A stretch of DNA of 64,000 nt, taken from contig CAVXEP010000019.1 in NCBI GenBank assembly GCA_963760795.1, positions 1 through 64,000 of the forward strand. Direction: 5' to 3'. A program made the translations under genes and the position numbers. The notes under the pieces are model-generated. The model was not told the DNA's origin, ran no database searches, and worked only from the letters and a program-made list of their open reading frames with translations. Shown here piece after piece: positions 1 through 9,405 of this stretch. The stretch comes from an uncultured delta proteobacterium (lineage in GTDB: Bacteria > Desulfobacterota > Binatia > UBA9968). How positions within the stretch are numbered: position 1 is the first letter of the stretch; each line of letters opens with the position of its first letter.

Positions 1-302
1 TGAAGAATCTCCAGGGATTGCGGTGTTGCAAATGCTACCAGGCCGTCGAGCGCTTGTTGCCACGCTTCTTCTTCCGCGTCGTGGAGCACTTCGCTGAGAA
101 AAGGCAGGACCGCCTCTTCATGACGTTCCCAGGCTGCTTTGACCAGGAAGGCGCGAATGCCGGAACTTTGTTCATCTCTGAAAGTCTCGATCAATGCCGG
201 CAGGATGTCGCCAGGCAACTCAATCAGAGTGAAAAACGCCGACTCTTCGTCTCCCGCCCGAAACGTCTCGACGATAGCTTCGATTTCGCGCGCCAACGAC
301 AT
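1..302 (-). CDS. HEAT-repeat-like helical protein, partial (runs off window)
   Basis: Not in ORF track; read manually from ATG at 302: MSLAREIEAIVETFRAGDEESAFFTLIELPGDILPALIETFRDEQSSGIRAFLVKAAWERHEEAVLPFLSEVLHDAEEEAWQQALDGL; abuts stop of the 303-935 gene. Confidence 0.6.
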   Translation of the reverse strand, partial: MSLAREIEAIVETFRAGDEESAFFTLIELPGDILPALIETFRDEQSSGIRAFLVKAAWERHEEAVLPFLSEVLHDAEEEAWQQALDGLVAFATPQSLEIL

Positions 303-935
303 CTAACTTTTCCAGATCTCTATAAGTTCCTTCGACTCCACAACGTCGGCGAAGCGCTCGATTCTTTTCAGCGCGGCATTGTGGCCTTCCTCGGTGTAGG
401 TGCCGACGCAATCGCGTATGATGACCATTGAAAAACCGCGGTTGTGGCCGTCGCGCACGGTCATCTCGACGCCGCCGTCGGTGGTGCAGCCGATCATGAC
501 CACGGTGCTGGCGCCGCGGTTGTGCATGATGGTTTCGAATTCGTTGCCGATGAACATGCTCGGCCGTCGCTTGTCAATGACGATGTCTTCGGGCGCCGGT
601 TTGAAGGGTTTCATGATCTCCCAGTTGGTGCTGCCCTTCACACGTCGCGGCTTGAGCTTGCTCGGATGATCGACCTTCTCGTTGATCATCGCTCGGCGAA
701 TCCAGGTGACCGCCTCTTCGCTCCAGAGAAACGGCGTCTGGCGCGTGTAAACGGTCTTGACGCCGGCCTTGGCTGCGGTGGCGATGAGCGGCGGCGCAGT
801 GCGAATTAGCGCTTCTTTGTTGAATGCACCCCCTGCCTGATCGTTCTGCATGTCCCAGACTAGCAGTACGCTGCGTTTGGGATCGACAATCTCTTTTAGC
901 TCAGTGGGGATCTGCCGGCCTGCGAATTCGAGCAT
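303..935 (-). CDS. isochorismatase-family cysteine hydrolase
   Basis: LLVWDMQND, IDKRRPSMF, GCTTDGGVEMTVRDG motifs; the usual catalytic Cys position reads Gly (TDGGV). Confidence 0.85.
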   Translation of the reverse strand: MLEFAGRQIPTELKEIVDPKRSVLLVWDMQNDQAGGAFNKEALIRTAPPLIATAAKAGVKTVYTRQTPFLWSEEAVTWIRRAMINEKVDHPSKLKPRRVKGSTNWEIMKPFKPAPEDIVIDKRRPSMFIGNEFETIMHNRGASTVVMIGCTTDGGVEMTVRDGHNRGFSMVIIRDCVGTYTEEGHNAALKRIERFADVVESKELIEIWKS

Positions 936-955
936 AGCGCCTCCTCGTTATGGAA

Positions 956-1955
956 CTACCGAACCAATTCTTTACGCGCTTTTTCGAGAAAACTGAAATC
1001 GACGACCTGCGCGGCGGAGATCGGTTGCGCCACGTTGGAAGTCTCGCGGGTCAAATCGATGAAGTACTGCACCGCTTGGGAGCTGATCACCGCGTCTTTG
1101 GCCAGGCCGCGCTTGAGATAGCCGAGCATTTCGGCGGCGAGCTTTTGATCGCTGACACGCCATTGTTTCATCATGACGTCGCGCGCCTGCTCACGATTAG
1201 CTTCGTCGCTGACGAACTGCAAACCGCGCAAGGTCGCGCGCACCATGCGATAAACTTCATCCGGCTGCTGTTGGATGCGCGCCACCGAAGTGCCGAAGCC
1301 ATTTTGCGGAAAACTCACGACGTCGCCCAAAAAGATCAGCTCGTTGTAGCCTTTGTTCACGGCGATAATATTTTCCGGCACCGAGAGTAATGCGGCGTCG
1401 ACGACGCCCTGTTCCAATACCGCCAGCCGCCCGGCGCCCGATCCCCCCATCGGTAATACCTGCACGTCTTTACCGGGTTCAAGGGCGAAATGTTTCAAGG
1501 CTGGTACAGGCTTGATACGCCAGGATCGTCGCCGAACCGCCGGGCGAGCTGCCGGCGACTTTTTTTCCTTTCAGATCGCGTGGCTCTCTGATCTCCTTGC
1601 GGCTGACGAAAGATTGCAGCGGTTTGGCGATGGTGAAGATCAAAATCTTTGCCGGGTAGTTGCGCGTCGCGGCAAGCGCCAGGCCGGTGAGTCCGGCGCT
1701 GTACTCGATCTCGCCTTTGAAGAAGGCGTTGTTCGCCGCGGCGAGCGACATCAGGATGATTTCCAGATCGATGCCTTCGTCTCGGTAAAAACCTTTCTGA
1801 TGCGCCGCGTAGATTGGCAGAAAGCCCACGCTGGTGGCGGCGATGCCGAGGCGGAGCTTTTTGAGTGCCGGCTGCGCCGGTGCCGGCGAGCAAAGCCAGC
1901 TGTCGATGGCAAGCACGCCGATGCAGCAGAGCATTGGCAGGTAACGTCGAGACAT
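956..1955 (-). CDS. NMT1/SsuA-type ABC substrate-binding protein, frameshifted near 1500
   Basis: ORFs 1479-2012 and 956-1498 join into one SBP (signal peptide, KGFYRDEGIDLE, DLKGKKVA); 10-bp insertion at junction. Confidence 0.85.
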
Positions 1956-1998
1956 GAGAATGCCTCCGCGAAGTTTATCGAGCCTTGGCGCAATGCGT

Positions 1999-2988
1999 CT
2001 ATGGGTTTGCAATTTTCGCTTCCATCTCTTTTCGCACTTCTTCCGCCCAGCGCAGGTCGAAAAAATTTTCCGCGGCGAGCGGCTTATCGAGCTTGAGCGG
2101 GATCCGCAGTTCGTTTTCGAGGATGCTCTTCACTCCTTCGGCGGAAGGCACGCCGGGGATGCCGGGCGGAAAGGCGCGGGTGTAGCTGCGGATCGCCTCG
2201 GTCAACATCGGCTTGGTGATGTTTCTAATTCTCAAGCGGCGTAGCGCGATGTCGGCAGCGTCTTCGGGCCGCTCTCGGATGAACAGTAAAGAGCGGGTCA
2301 TCGCCCGGAGCCATCTTTTGACCTGCGCCGGGTTTTCGGCGAGCTTCTGATTGGTCGCGACGTAGCCCTGAAAGGGTAGGGTGAAAATATCGCCCATGAA
2401 GACAAGTTTGCGCAGCCCTTCACGTTCGGCGGCGACGGTGCCGGCGGGATCGAGCACGACGGCGGCAACGTTACCGCTTTTGAGGCCGAGGATTTTGTCG
2501 CCGATGCTCGTGCCTAATGAGATTCTAGTGATCTCCTTGGCCGACACGCCGGCACGTTCGGCATACAGCGTGATGAAGCGGTCTTCGCTGTCGCCGATCA
2601 GGGCGACGCCGATTTTCTTGCCCTTGAGGTCGGATCCCTGGCTGATGCTTGGATGAACGACTAAATACCATGTCGGTTTTTCGGTTTGATAGAAGATCGC
2701 CTTGAGCGGCGCACCGCGCACGGCGCCGCGCAGGCCGCTGCCGCCGGCGCCGCTGAAATCGACGTCGCCGCTGACCAATGCCGCGATGCCGGCCGGGCCG
2801 CCAATGGCGATGGTTTCGTTGTCCAAGCCTTCGTCGCGGAAGAATTTACGCTCCTCGGCGCTGTACACGCTCAGATAATTGAGATTCGCGCCGGGGATGG
2901 CGGTGCGAATCTTTTCGGCGCGCGCGCTGGCGGCGAGCGAAGCGACGCAGAACAGTACGAGCAAGAAACTAACACGGCTGCCAATCAT
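1999..2988 (-). CDS. NMT1/SsuA-type ABC substrate-binding protein
   Basis: Signal peptide, KFFRDEGLD, ALVSGDVD, DLKGKKIGV. Confidence 0.9.
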   Translation of the reverse strand: MIGSRVSFLLVLFCVASLAASARAEKIRTAIPGANLNYLSVYSAEERKFFRDEGLDNETIAIGGPAGIAALVSGDVDFSGAGGSGLRGAVRGAPLKAIFYQTEKPTWYLVVHPSISQGSDLKGKKIGVALIGDSEDRFITLYAERAGVSAKEITRISLGTSIGDKILGLKSGNVAAVVLDPAGTVAAEREGLRKLVFMGDIFTLPFQGYVATNQKLAENPAQVKRWLRAMTRSLLFIRERPEDAADIALRRLRIRNITKPMLTEAIRSYTRAFPPGIPGVPSAEGVKSILENELRIPLKLDKPLAAENFFDLRWAEEVRKEMEAKIANP

Positions 2989-3010
2989 GGAACCTCCAAT
3001 AAAGAAGAAT

Positions 3011-3116
3011 GGCCGCAAAGAACGCAAAGGGCGCAAAGAAAGAATCGGGAGTCGTGGGGGCGGGTTTGAATCGCGCCCCTGCGATACATCGTGCTCTTGG
3101 TATCCTTCGTGGTGAA
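3011..3116. repeat. composite intergenic repeat (CGCAAAG 9-mer units, GGGGCGGG..CGCCCC REP-like palindrome, CACGAAG-type arm)
   Basis: ggccgcaaagaacgcaaagggcgcaaag; gggggcgggtttgaatcgcgcccc; tcgtgctcttggtatccttcgtggtgaa. Confidence 0.7.
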
Positions 3117-3177
3117 TACTCTTTCACACTACACCTGGAGGACCCTTACTTTAGAGGCGAGCACGGATCGTCAGCCA

Positions 3178-4359
3178 TCATCGTGCGCTCGCGTGATGCC
3201 CCTGCTGGTAGTGCAAGCGCAACAGATCCTTGCCGTAGTCGTTGCCGTTGGGTGTGCGCACGATGACATGGATATGATCTTTGTACGGTTTGGTGCGTTC
3301 GCGAAAGGCGATGCCGCGTTGGTGGTCGAACTCGACGATGATCACCGGACTCTGGACGCGATAGTAAAAGACGCCGTCGTCAGAGCCGCCGCCCATCCAG
3401 CAAAAGTAGGTGTCGTTCAAATGGCGCTTGACTTCGTCCATCTTGACCTGGGCATGGCCGTCGCGCATGCGACCGACGTGATATTCCACCAAGCCGAGCA
3501 GTAACTCATGTTGCGCGCTGGACAGCTCGCCGGAGCGGATGCCTTGGTAATCGAGCACGAGGTTGTCGCGAAACGCGGTGGTAAAGTCTTCGCCGGAAGT
3601 CTCGGGCGCGATCACCGTTTTCACGCGTTGCGCTTCTGAAAGCGCGCGGAACAATGCCAGGCCGCGGTCTTCGTCGCCCTTGAATGCGCGCACGCCGGCG
3701 TATTTGCCGCTGACGGCATGCACCGGTTCCGCGCCCAAGAACGTCGGCGTCACGACGATCTGATCGCCGAGGATAAAATAATTGATGATCAAATGATGGC
3801 CGTCCCACTGCCAGCCCCATGGCTCGGTGGCCGACGGCGCGCCCATGATGCTGAGCCAGTAAAGGTCCTCTCCATATTCACTGAGCCTACCGGTCATCTC
3901 TTGCACGGTTTCATTCAAGTGCATGAGATCGAGCGTTTCCTCGAAGCCCCGTTGACTTAAACTTTCGCGCAGGAGCGCAAAGGCGCAGTCACGCTGGCCG
4001 TCGGTCATCTCGAATAGCGCCGTGCCGTGGCGCATCAGCGTCGGATGAATATTGCTCCACTTGCGCCACTGATCGGTTTCCACGGGAAAGATAGTCTTGG
4101 CGCTCTGCTCGGCGCTTAACGATCCGAGAAATTCCTCTGCCGCTGCGCGAATCGACTGCGTCGAAACGCCGGTTTGCTCGATGCCGAACAAGCCGGGAAT
4201 AACGCGGCCGTCGGTGGTAATGCCTTTGAACGGCTCGGCCGCGGCCGCCAATGATTTTTCCAAGTAGTTCGGCCCACCGCCTTGCTTGTGCAGTGGCCGC
4301 TGCGGTCCGCGTTGATGGCAGGTTTCGTGCATGCCGCGAGTGCGGGGATCGCTGGACAT
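3178..4359 (-). CDS. DUF3500 family protein
   Basis: PWGWQWDGHHL, TPTFLGAEP, YYRVQSP, EFDHQ, HIHVIVRTPNGNDYG motifs. Confidence 0.85.
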   Translation of the reverse strand: MSSDPRTRGMHETCHQRGPQRPLHKQGGGPNYLEKSLAAAAEPFKGITTDGRVIPGLFGIEQTGVSTQSIRAAAEEFLGSLSAEQSAKTIFPVETDQWRKWSNIHPTLMRHGTALFEMTDGQRDCAFALLRESLSQRGFEETLDLMHLNETVQEMTGRLSEYGEDLYWLSIMGAPSATEPWGWQWDGHHLIINYFILGDQIVVTPTFLGAEPVHAVSGKYAGVRAFKGDEDRGLALFRALSEAQRVKTVIAPETSGEDFTTAFRDNLVLDYQGIRSGELSSAQHELLLGLVEYHVGRMRDGHAQVKMDEVKRHLNDTYFCWMGGGSDDGVFYYRVQSPVIIVEFDHQRGIAFRERTKPYKDHIHVIVRTPNGNDYGKDLLRLHYQQGHHASAR

Positions 4360-4549
4360 AGAATGTTCCTCCGACGGGACAGCTTTAGTGTGATTGACTG
4401 CGCGATGTCAAGGTGAATTGAAGCGCTGCGGCCTGAAAAGTAAGGAGTCAAAAGTTAGGAGTAAGGAGAAAAGAGCTCTGACGACGAACCTGTATCTCCC
4501 AAAATAACGACTCGGAATCCAGTGTCGGGAATGCAGACCGTTGCGCCGA

Positions 4550-5125
4550 TCATCGCGTTCCTTTCGCTGAAACCGCTTCGGATAAGAGCGCCTGGATAAT
4601 TGCTTTGGCCGGTGCACTTTCCCAATCTCGTGGTCCGACGGTGCGCGCCACGGCTCGTCCGTCGCGACCGATTAGAAAAGTGGCAGGTAGACCGATGACG
4701 CCGTAGGCGGTATTGATCTCTCCCGTTGGGTCGAGCATCAGCGGGAAGGTTAAGCGCAGTTCTTTGGCGTATCGATGGATGGCTGGAGTGCCCTCGCGCG
4801 CGTTAATGCCTATAACGCTGAGCCCACGCGCCGCGAACTCACGATGCAGTCGCTCGAACATCGGCATCTCTGGACGACACTCGTTACACCAGCTCGCCCA
4901 GAAATTGACGAGAACAACCTTGCCGCGCAGAGAATCCAAGGAAACTGTTCGGCTATCAAGCGTGGTGCCCTTGAACTCCGGTGGCTTGGTGCCGGGCCGA
5001 TAGCCGGACAGTTTCAGTCCATCCAATAGCTCCGCGACATCGGCCCGACTTAGCTCTGGAGCCCCAACGATCGCCACAATCGCGATGAGGATTCCGGCGA
5101 TGCTCTTTTTTGCTCGGTTAGCCAT
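4550..5125 (-). CDS. TlpA/ResA family thiol-disulfide oxidoreductase
   Basis: LRGKVVLVNFWASWCNECRPEMP, YGVIGLPATFLI; N-terminal hydrophobic anchor. Confidence 0.92.
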   Translation of the reverse strand: MANRAKKSIAGILIAIVAIVGAPELSRADVAELLDGLKLSGYRPGTKPPEFKGTTLDSRTVSLDSLRGKVVLVNFWASWCNECRPEMPMFERLHREFAARGLSVIGINAREGTPAIHRYAKELRLTFPLMLDPTGEINTAYGVIGLPATFLIGRDGRAVARTVGPRDWESAPAKAIIQALLSEAVSAKGTR

Positions 5126-5215
5126 TTTTTTCGCCGCTTCGTCGGCATGGCTGGGGTCACCGAGGACACACGCGGTCAGCAACGAACTGACGAGCGCCCT
5201 CGGTGGCTCACCCAG

Positions 5216-5773
5216 TCATTTCTTGGCGACGATTTCCTGAATATCCTTCAGCAGCGTGGCGCTATACACGACATCCGTCGTCGGGTTCGCGAGAACCCAC
5301 TTCTTGCGGATCACACCCTGGGGGTCGATGAGAAAGAACGTCCTGATCGAGGTCATCCATTTGTCATTGAGCACCCCGAAGCTGCGGATCATCTTCCGCT
5401 CCGGAAAATCGCTGAGCAACGGGTACGGCAACTTCAGCGAGTCGGCAAAGGTCTGCTGCGCAAACGTGTTGTCGGCGCTAACGCCGAGGATCTGGACACC
5501 GAGGGCTTCGAAGCGCTTGTAGTCGTTCTTCCTGGCCGACAGGTTCGCGGCACAGGTTGGAACAAAAGCCGCGCCGTAGAACTCAAGGAAGACCCACTTC
5601 TTGCCTCTGAAGTCATTGAGGGAAACGTCTAGCCCCGTGGTGGCCGGCAGCGTGAAGTCGGGCGCCTTGTCGCCTACTTCGAGGGCCCGGGCACCGCTGG
5701 CCCAGCCCAGCCCGATAGCTAGGAGCACTGCGCCGACAAGCAGAACCTTTCCTCGATGTATTCGTTTATTCAT
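5216..5773 (-). CDS. exported AhpC/TSA peroxiredoxin-like redoxin
   Basis: [34 protein letters not shown]; signal peptide. Confidence 0.88.
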   Translation of the reverse strand: MNKRIHRGKVLLVGAVLLAIGLGWASGARALEVGDKAPDFTLPATTGLDVSLNDFRGKKWVFLEFYGAAFVPTCAANLSARKNDYKRFEALGVQILGVSADNTFAQQTFADSLKLPYPLLSDFPERKMIRSFGVLNDKWMTSIRTFFLIDPQGVIRKKWVLANPTTDVVYSATLLKDIQEIVAKK

Positions 5774-5853
5774 CCTTTCAACTCCTTAAAGTGAGACAAG
5801 TCGATGATTTTGACCGCTGCGCAACCGCAACATCTTCACGATCCCCGGACCTT

Positions 5854-6837
5854 TCACCGGATGATTCGGTTCGCCTTGTACAACGCCTCCGGGGCGATCT
5901 TGATCGCCGATGCCTTGGCAACCTTTAGATTGACGACAAATTCGATATGTTGATTTACTTCAACTGGAATCTCAGCCGGTTTCTCCCCTTTCATAATTTT
6001 GTCCACTAGGCGCGCGGCCATGCGGCCGGATTCATGGAGATCTGAACCGTAGCTCGCGAGACCGCCGTTCTCCGCCCACCAACTGGTAAAAAACATTGTT
6101 GGGATCTTGCGTTGAGACGTGGCCTCCACGGCAAAACCAAGAATGTTGAAAGAAAGCGAGCGCGGCACCACGATGCCATGCACGTCACTGCCCCGAACAG
6201 TGGCAAAGGCCGCCTGCGCTTCTTCCTGGCTGTGTACCGGTTTCTCGATTAGAGCGATATTTAACTGCCGGGCAGTGTCGCGGAAATTCTTGGCCTGGGC
6301 CGCGGAGAAAGTCTCAGACGCATTATAGGCGAACATTACCCGCTTGAGTCCGGGGATCATATCTTTAAGAACCGCCAAACGCTTGGTGTCCAACTCGAGG
6401 TCGATATCCGTAATTCCGGTGATGTTGCCGCCTGGATGGGCAAGACTTTGGATCAACCCCAGTCCTATGGGATCAGCCGCGCCGTAAAAGACAATCGGGA
6501 TCTTTTTCGTTACCGCCTGGGCGGCCTTGGTCGCTGCGGGGTTTACGGTGAATAAAACGTCCACGCCCTGCTGTACGAGCTGCCGCGCCGCTGCCGGAAG
6601 AGCGGCTATATCGCCTTGGGTGAATCGGACGCCGAGCACAAAATCTTTATTCTCCCGGTAGCCAAGCTTTTCCAGACCGTCGCGCAGACCGGCCACGCCC
6701 GGCGTCGGTCCCCAAGAATCGGTAAGCACGCCAATTTTAATGGGTGTTTTACGCTCTGCCGCGCGTGAGTCAGCGGCCAAGAGCCCGCAGCTGAACGCGA
6801 GTATGACAAATATAAAGTGACGCCCCAGCACTTTCAT
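5854..6837 (-). CDS. ABC substrate-binding protein (ABC_sub_bind type)
   Basis: DPIGLGLIQSLAHPGGNITG, GGLASYG, KGEKPAEIPVE, VNLKVAK. Confidence 0.9.
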   Translation of the reverse strand: MKVLGRHFIFVILAFSCGLLAADSRAAERKTPIKIGVLTDSWGPTPGVAGLRDGLEKLGYRENKDFVLGVRFTQGDIAALPAAARQLVQQGVDVLFTVNPAATKAAQAVTKKIPIVFYGAADPIGLGLIQSLAHPGGNITGITDIDLELDTKRLAVLKDMIPGLKRVMFAYNASETFSAAQAKNFRDTARQLNIALIEKPVHSQEEAQAAFATVRGSDVHGIVVPRSLSFNILGFAVEATSQRKIPTMFFTSWWAENGGLASYGSDLHESGRMAARLVDKIMKGEKPAEIPVEVNQHIEFVVNLKVAKASAIKIAPEALYKANRIIR

Positions 6838-6929
6838 CACCCTCGCCAGTTCCAATGCAATTTTCCCGTCGAGGCGGAGTAGACCTTAATTCGCCGGCGG
6901 AAGCAATTCGAGGCTTCGAGCGTAGCGCG

Positions 6930-7118
6930 CTAATATTGTGCCAAAGCACCCGGCTCCGGGCAGTAGGGCAGGCAGTCGGCGCAGCCGGTGCATTCGCTCG
7001 CGATCACTTCGTACATGTGATGGATATCTTGCATCTTGGGATGGACGGCGCGTTCGGGGCAGACTTCGCGGCACAGGCCGCAGGCGATGCAGAGGGATTC
7101 GACGATTTTGACTTTCAT
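6930..7118 (-). CDS. 2[4Fe-4S] ferredoxin
   Basis: CIACGLCREVCP and CTGCADCLPYCP; alternative start at 7139 overlaps upstream stop. Confidence 0.9.
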   Translation of the reverse strand: MKVKIVESLCIACGLCREVCPERAVHPKMQDIHHMYEVIASECTGCADCLPYCPEPGALAQY

Positions 7119-7131
7119 GTTTGCGCTCAGT

Positions 7132-7872
7132 TCACGCATTGCCGCCCAGGGCGCGGCTCGGTTCCGGCGCCCAGGGGCGCAGGAGAAAGTCGAATACTTC
7201 TTCGATGGGCTTCTGATCCTCGGGCGTTAACGCGTAGGCGTCGATCTGATATTTGCCTTCCATGAAGTGCATTAGTTCTTCCGCCGATTGGCTGTGCAGT
7301 TGATGGCGGATCAGGTCGTCGTCGATGACGCTCAAGGTCGCGGCGATGCCGAGGCAGGCCATGGACTCGTTGTAATAATGCTGGCCGGCACGGGCGAGGG
7401 GGTGGATATGCGGGAACATGGCGGTCATGCCGAAATAGGAAAGCTTCGGCTGAGTATTCGCCCGCGCGTCGTCCATCAATTCTTCTTCGCGTTTGATGAA
7501 GCCGCCGCGCAGCAGCACATCGGCGTGGAGCTGGCCATGCTTGACCTCGTCCCAGATTTGCCGGGCGCGCATGCGCTGCAGGTCGATATACTTCGGTTGC
7601 TGGTCGATGCTGACCGAAAGAATTTGCGTCGACATTTGCTTCAACGACATGAACGGCCCTTCGGCGGCGTAGCCGCCGCGCGCCCGCGCCGCTTTGTATT
7701 CGTCGCTGCCCGATTGCAAATCATTCTCGGCGGCCTTGATCGCTTGCAGCACCAGCTTGTCCCACAGCGGCAGGCAACGCTCGGTCTGGCGCAGGCGAAA
7801 GTCGACGCCGGGGCCGGTGAAGCCGGTGGGATACACCCATTTCTCTAAGAAGTCATTCAGAATGGCATGCAT
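7132..7872 (-). CDS. ferritin-like carboxylate di-iron protein
   Basis: E(AAEG)...DEVKH...E(NESM)...EELMH ligand pattern of four-helix di-iron proteins. Confidence 0.75.
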   Translation of the reverse strand: MHAILNDFLEKWVYPTGFTGPGVDFRLRQTERCLPLWDKLVLQAIKAAENDLQSGSDEYKAARARGGYAAEGPFMSLKQMSTQILSVSIDQQPKYIDLQRMRARQIWDEVKHGQLHADVLLRGGFIKREEELMDDARANTQPKLSYFGMTAMFPHIHPLARAGQHYYNESMACLGIAATLSVIDDDLIRHQLHSQSAEELMHFMEGKYQIDAYALTPEDQKPIEEVFDFLLRPWAPEPSRALGGNA

Positions 7873-7891
7873 TTTAAGCTCCGTTGCAAAG

Positions 7892-7970
7892 GTTTCATTA
7901 GTTCCAGAGGTTCCAGTCGTTCAAAACGTTCAAGCCGTTCAAATCGTTCGTTCAAGGTTCAATCGTTCAA
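7892..7970. repeat. GTTC(A/C)A ~9-nt-period tandem repeat
   Basis: gttccagag gttccagtc gttcaaaac gttcaagcc gttcaaatc ... Confidence 0.85.
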
Positions 7971-8260
7971 GGCAGGCGCGGCCAGCGTTTATTTTCGGTC
8001 CAAACTTCCGGCGGCGGTGGCACCATCGAACGGCCGGTGGCGCTCTCGACGATGGAGCCTGCGGCGGGACAGTACATCAAGCATACCGTGCAACCGGGGT
8101 AGGTGCAGCGCTCGTCGATTTCCAAAAAATGCTGCGATGTCGGCGACACGACCACAGCGTTGATCTCGATCTCGCGGCAGGCGACGTAGCACATGCGGCA
8201 TTCGGTGCATTTACCATGATCAATCTTGAGTTTTGCTGTCGCCATCTTGTTTTCAATCAC
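7967..8260 (-). CDS. 2[4Fe-4S] ferredoxin-like protein
   Basis: CTECRMCYVAC and CTYPGCTVCLMYCP; Pro-rich C-terminal tail. Confidence 0.85.
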   Translation of the reverse strand: MIENKMATAKLKIDHGKCTECRMCYVACREIEINAVVVSPTSQHFLEIDERCTYPGCTVCLMYCPAAGSIVESATGRSMVPPPPEVWTENKRWPRLP

Positions 8261-8278
8261 ACCCCTGGAAAAACGTTT

Positions 8279-8383
8279 GTTCCAAGTGTTCCAAAAAGTT
8301 CCAGAGGTTCCAGCTGTTCAATGCGTTTCGTTCAAGGTCGGAGTCCGGAAAACGTTGAACTTTTGAACCTTGAACCCTTGAAC
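8279..8383. repeat. GTTC(A/C)A tandem repeat with inverted TTGAAC arm
   Basis: gttccaagt gttccaaaaa gttccagag gttccagct gttcaatgc ... ttgaac ttttgaac cttgaac ccttgaac. Confidence 0.85.
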
Positions 8384-8395
8384 GGCTGTTATCTT

Positions 8396-9145
8396 TTAAT
8401 CTATATCCGCCTGCACGGTCACTTCGCCGGCTTTCTCTTCTGCCATACCGAGGACGAAGCGGGCGGTTTCTTCAAGGAAGAACAGATAGTCGCGCTTGGT
8501 TTCCGTACATAAGCGTTTGGCCAATTCGCTGTCGACCGCTTTGTGAACGTACTGCTCGACCTGATGGCGGCCCATCAGCACATGGCTGCGGGTCTCGGCC
8601 AGTTGGCTGTGAAATACCGCGCGCATGGATTGATCCGGTAACGACTCGGCGAATCTCTCGGTCCAGGCGAGCTCGATGACCTTCGGGCCGAGATTGAGCG
8701 CGGCGATGCGGATGTTGTGCGGATAGTTGGCCAGCGCGCGCAGGCAAAAAATATAGGCGCCAGTGCGGGTGGCGGTGCCGAACTGGCCGTAGGGATGGGC
8801 GAACAGAGCGCGCTGGGTCGGCACGAAACGGCGGCGCAGAATCTCGTCGCAGTATTGCATTTCCTGCGACGACTCGTCGTAGGTCTGCTTGCCGAAGAGA
8901 TAAGCGACAGCCGGCGGATACTCGTTTAAATTTATTCCTTGCGCCCAACCGCCGTAGACATAGTAGAGCATGCGTTTGAGCGTCCACAGCCGGGCGAGCA
9001 GGCGGAAGCAGTGGTCGTTGGTGAACTTTCCCGCGCGCGCCGCGTCGACCACGGCGTCCATCGGCGTGATGGCGGCGTCCTGCTCGCTTTGTTTGAGCAG
9101 TTGCGCGGCAAGGGCGGCGCCGGGTTTGTCGGATCGGATCGTCAT
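8396..9145 (-). CDS. ferritin-like protein with degenerate di-iron ligands
   Basis: KQTYDESSQ aligns by eye to RQIWDEVKH, and HSQLAETRSHVLMG to HSQSAEELMHFMEG of 7132-7872; similar length. Confidence 0.6.
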   Translation of the reverse strand: MTIRSDKPGAALAAQLLKQSEQDAAITPMDAVVDAARAGKFTNDHCFRLLARLWTLKRMLYYVYGGWAQGINLNEYPPAVAYLFGKQTYDESSQEMQYCDEILRRRFVPTQRALFAHPYGQFGTATRTGAYIFCLRALANYPHNIRIAALNLGPKVIELAWTERFAESLPDQSMRAVFHSQLAETRSHVLMGRHQVEQYVHKAVDSELAKRLCTETKRDYLFFLEETARFVLGMAEEKAGEVTVQADID

Positions 9146-9252
9146 GGCTGATTTTGTAATGTTAAGCTCAACTCAATGCGGCTTCAGCGACGTCGATCCG
9201 GTTTCTTGCCTCATGAAGAGTCTTTGACAAAATTCGCAGTGGTCCCAATGCT

Positions 9253-9332
9253 GTCATCCCGAGCCGAGCGAGGAATCTCGCCTTGTCTGGCGCTTACAAA
9301 GACGAGATTCCACGGTTTTGCCTCGGAATGAC
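9253..9332. repeat. GTCAT-type REP-like palindromic doublet
   Basis: gtcatcccgagccgagcgaggaatctcg ... cgagattccacggttttgcctcggaatgac. Confidence 0.75.
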
Positions 9333-9405
9333 TGCTGCGACACAGGCTGTCGAGAGGAAAGGAGTCGGAATCGGATTTCGCTGTACTCGTGAATTGCCCC
9401 ATCCT

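Noticed and set aside
7892-8383. CRISPR array
   Set aside because: Units are ~9 nt and degenerate with no unique spacers and no cas genes
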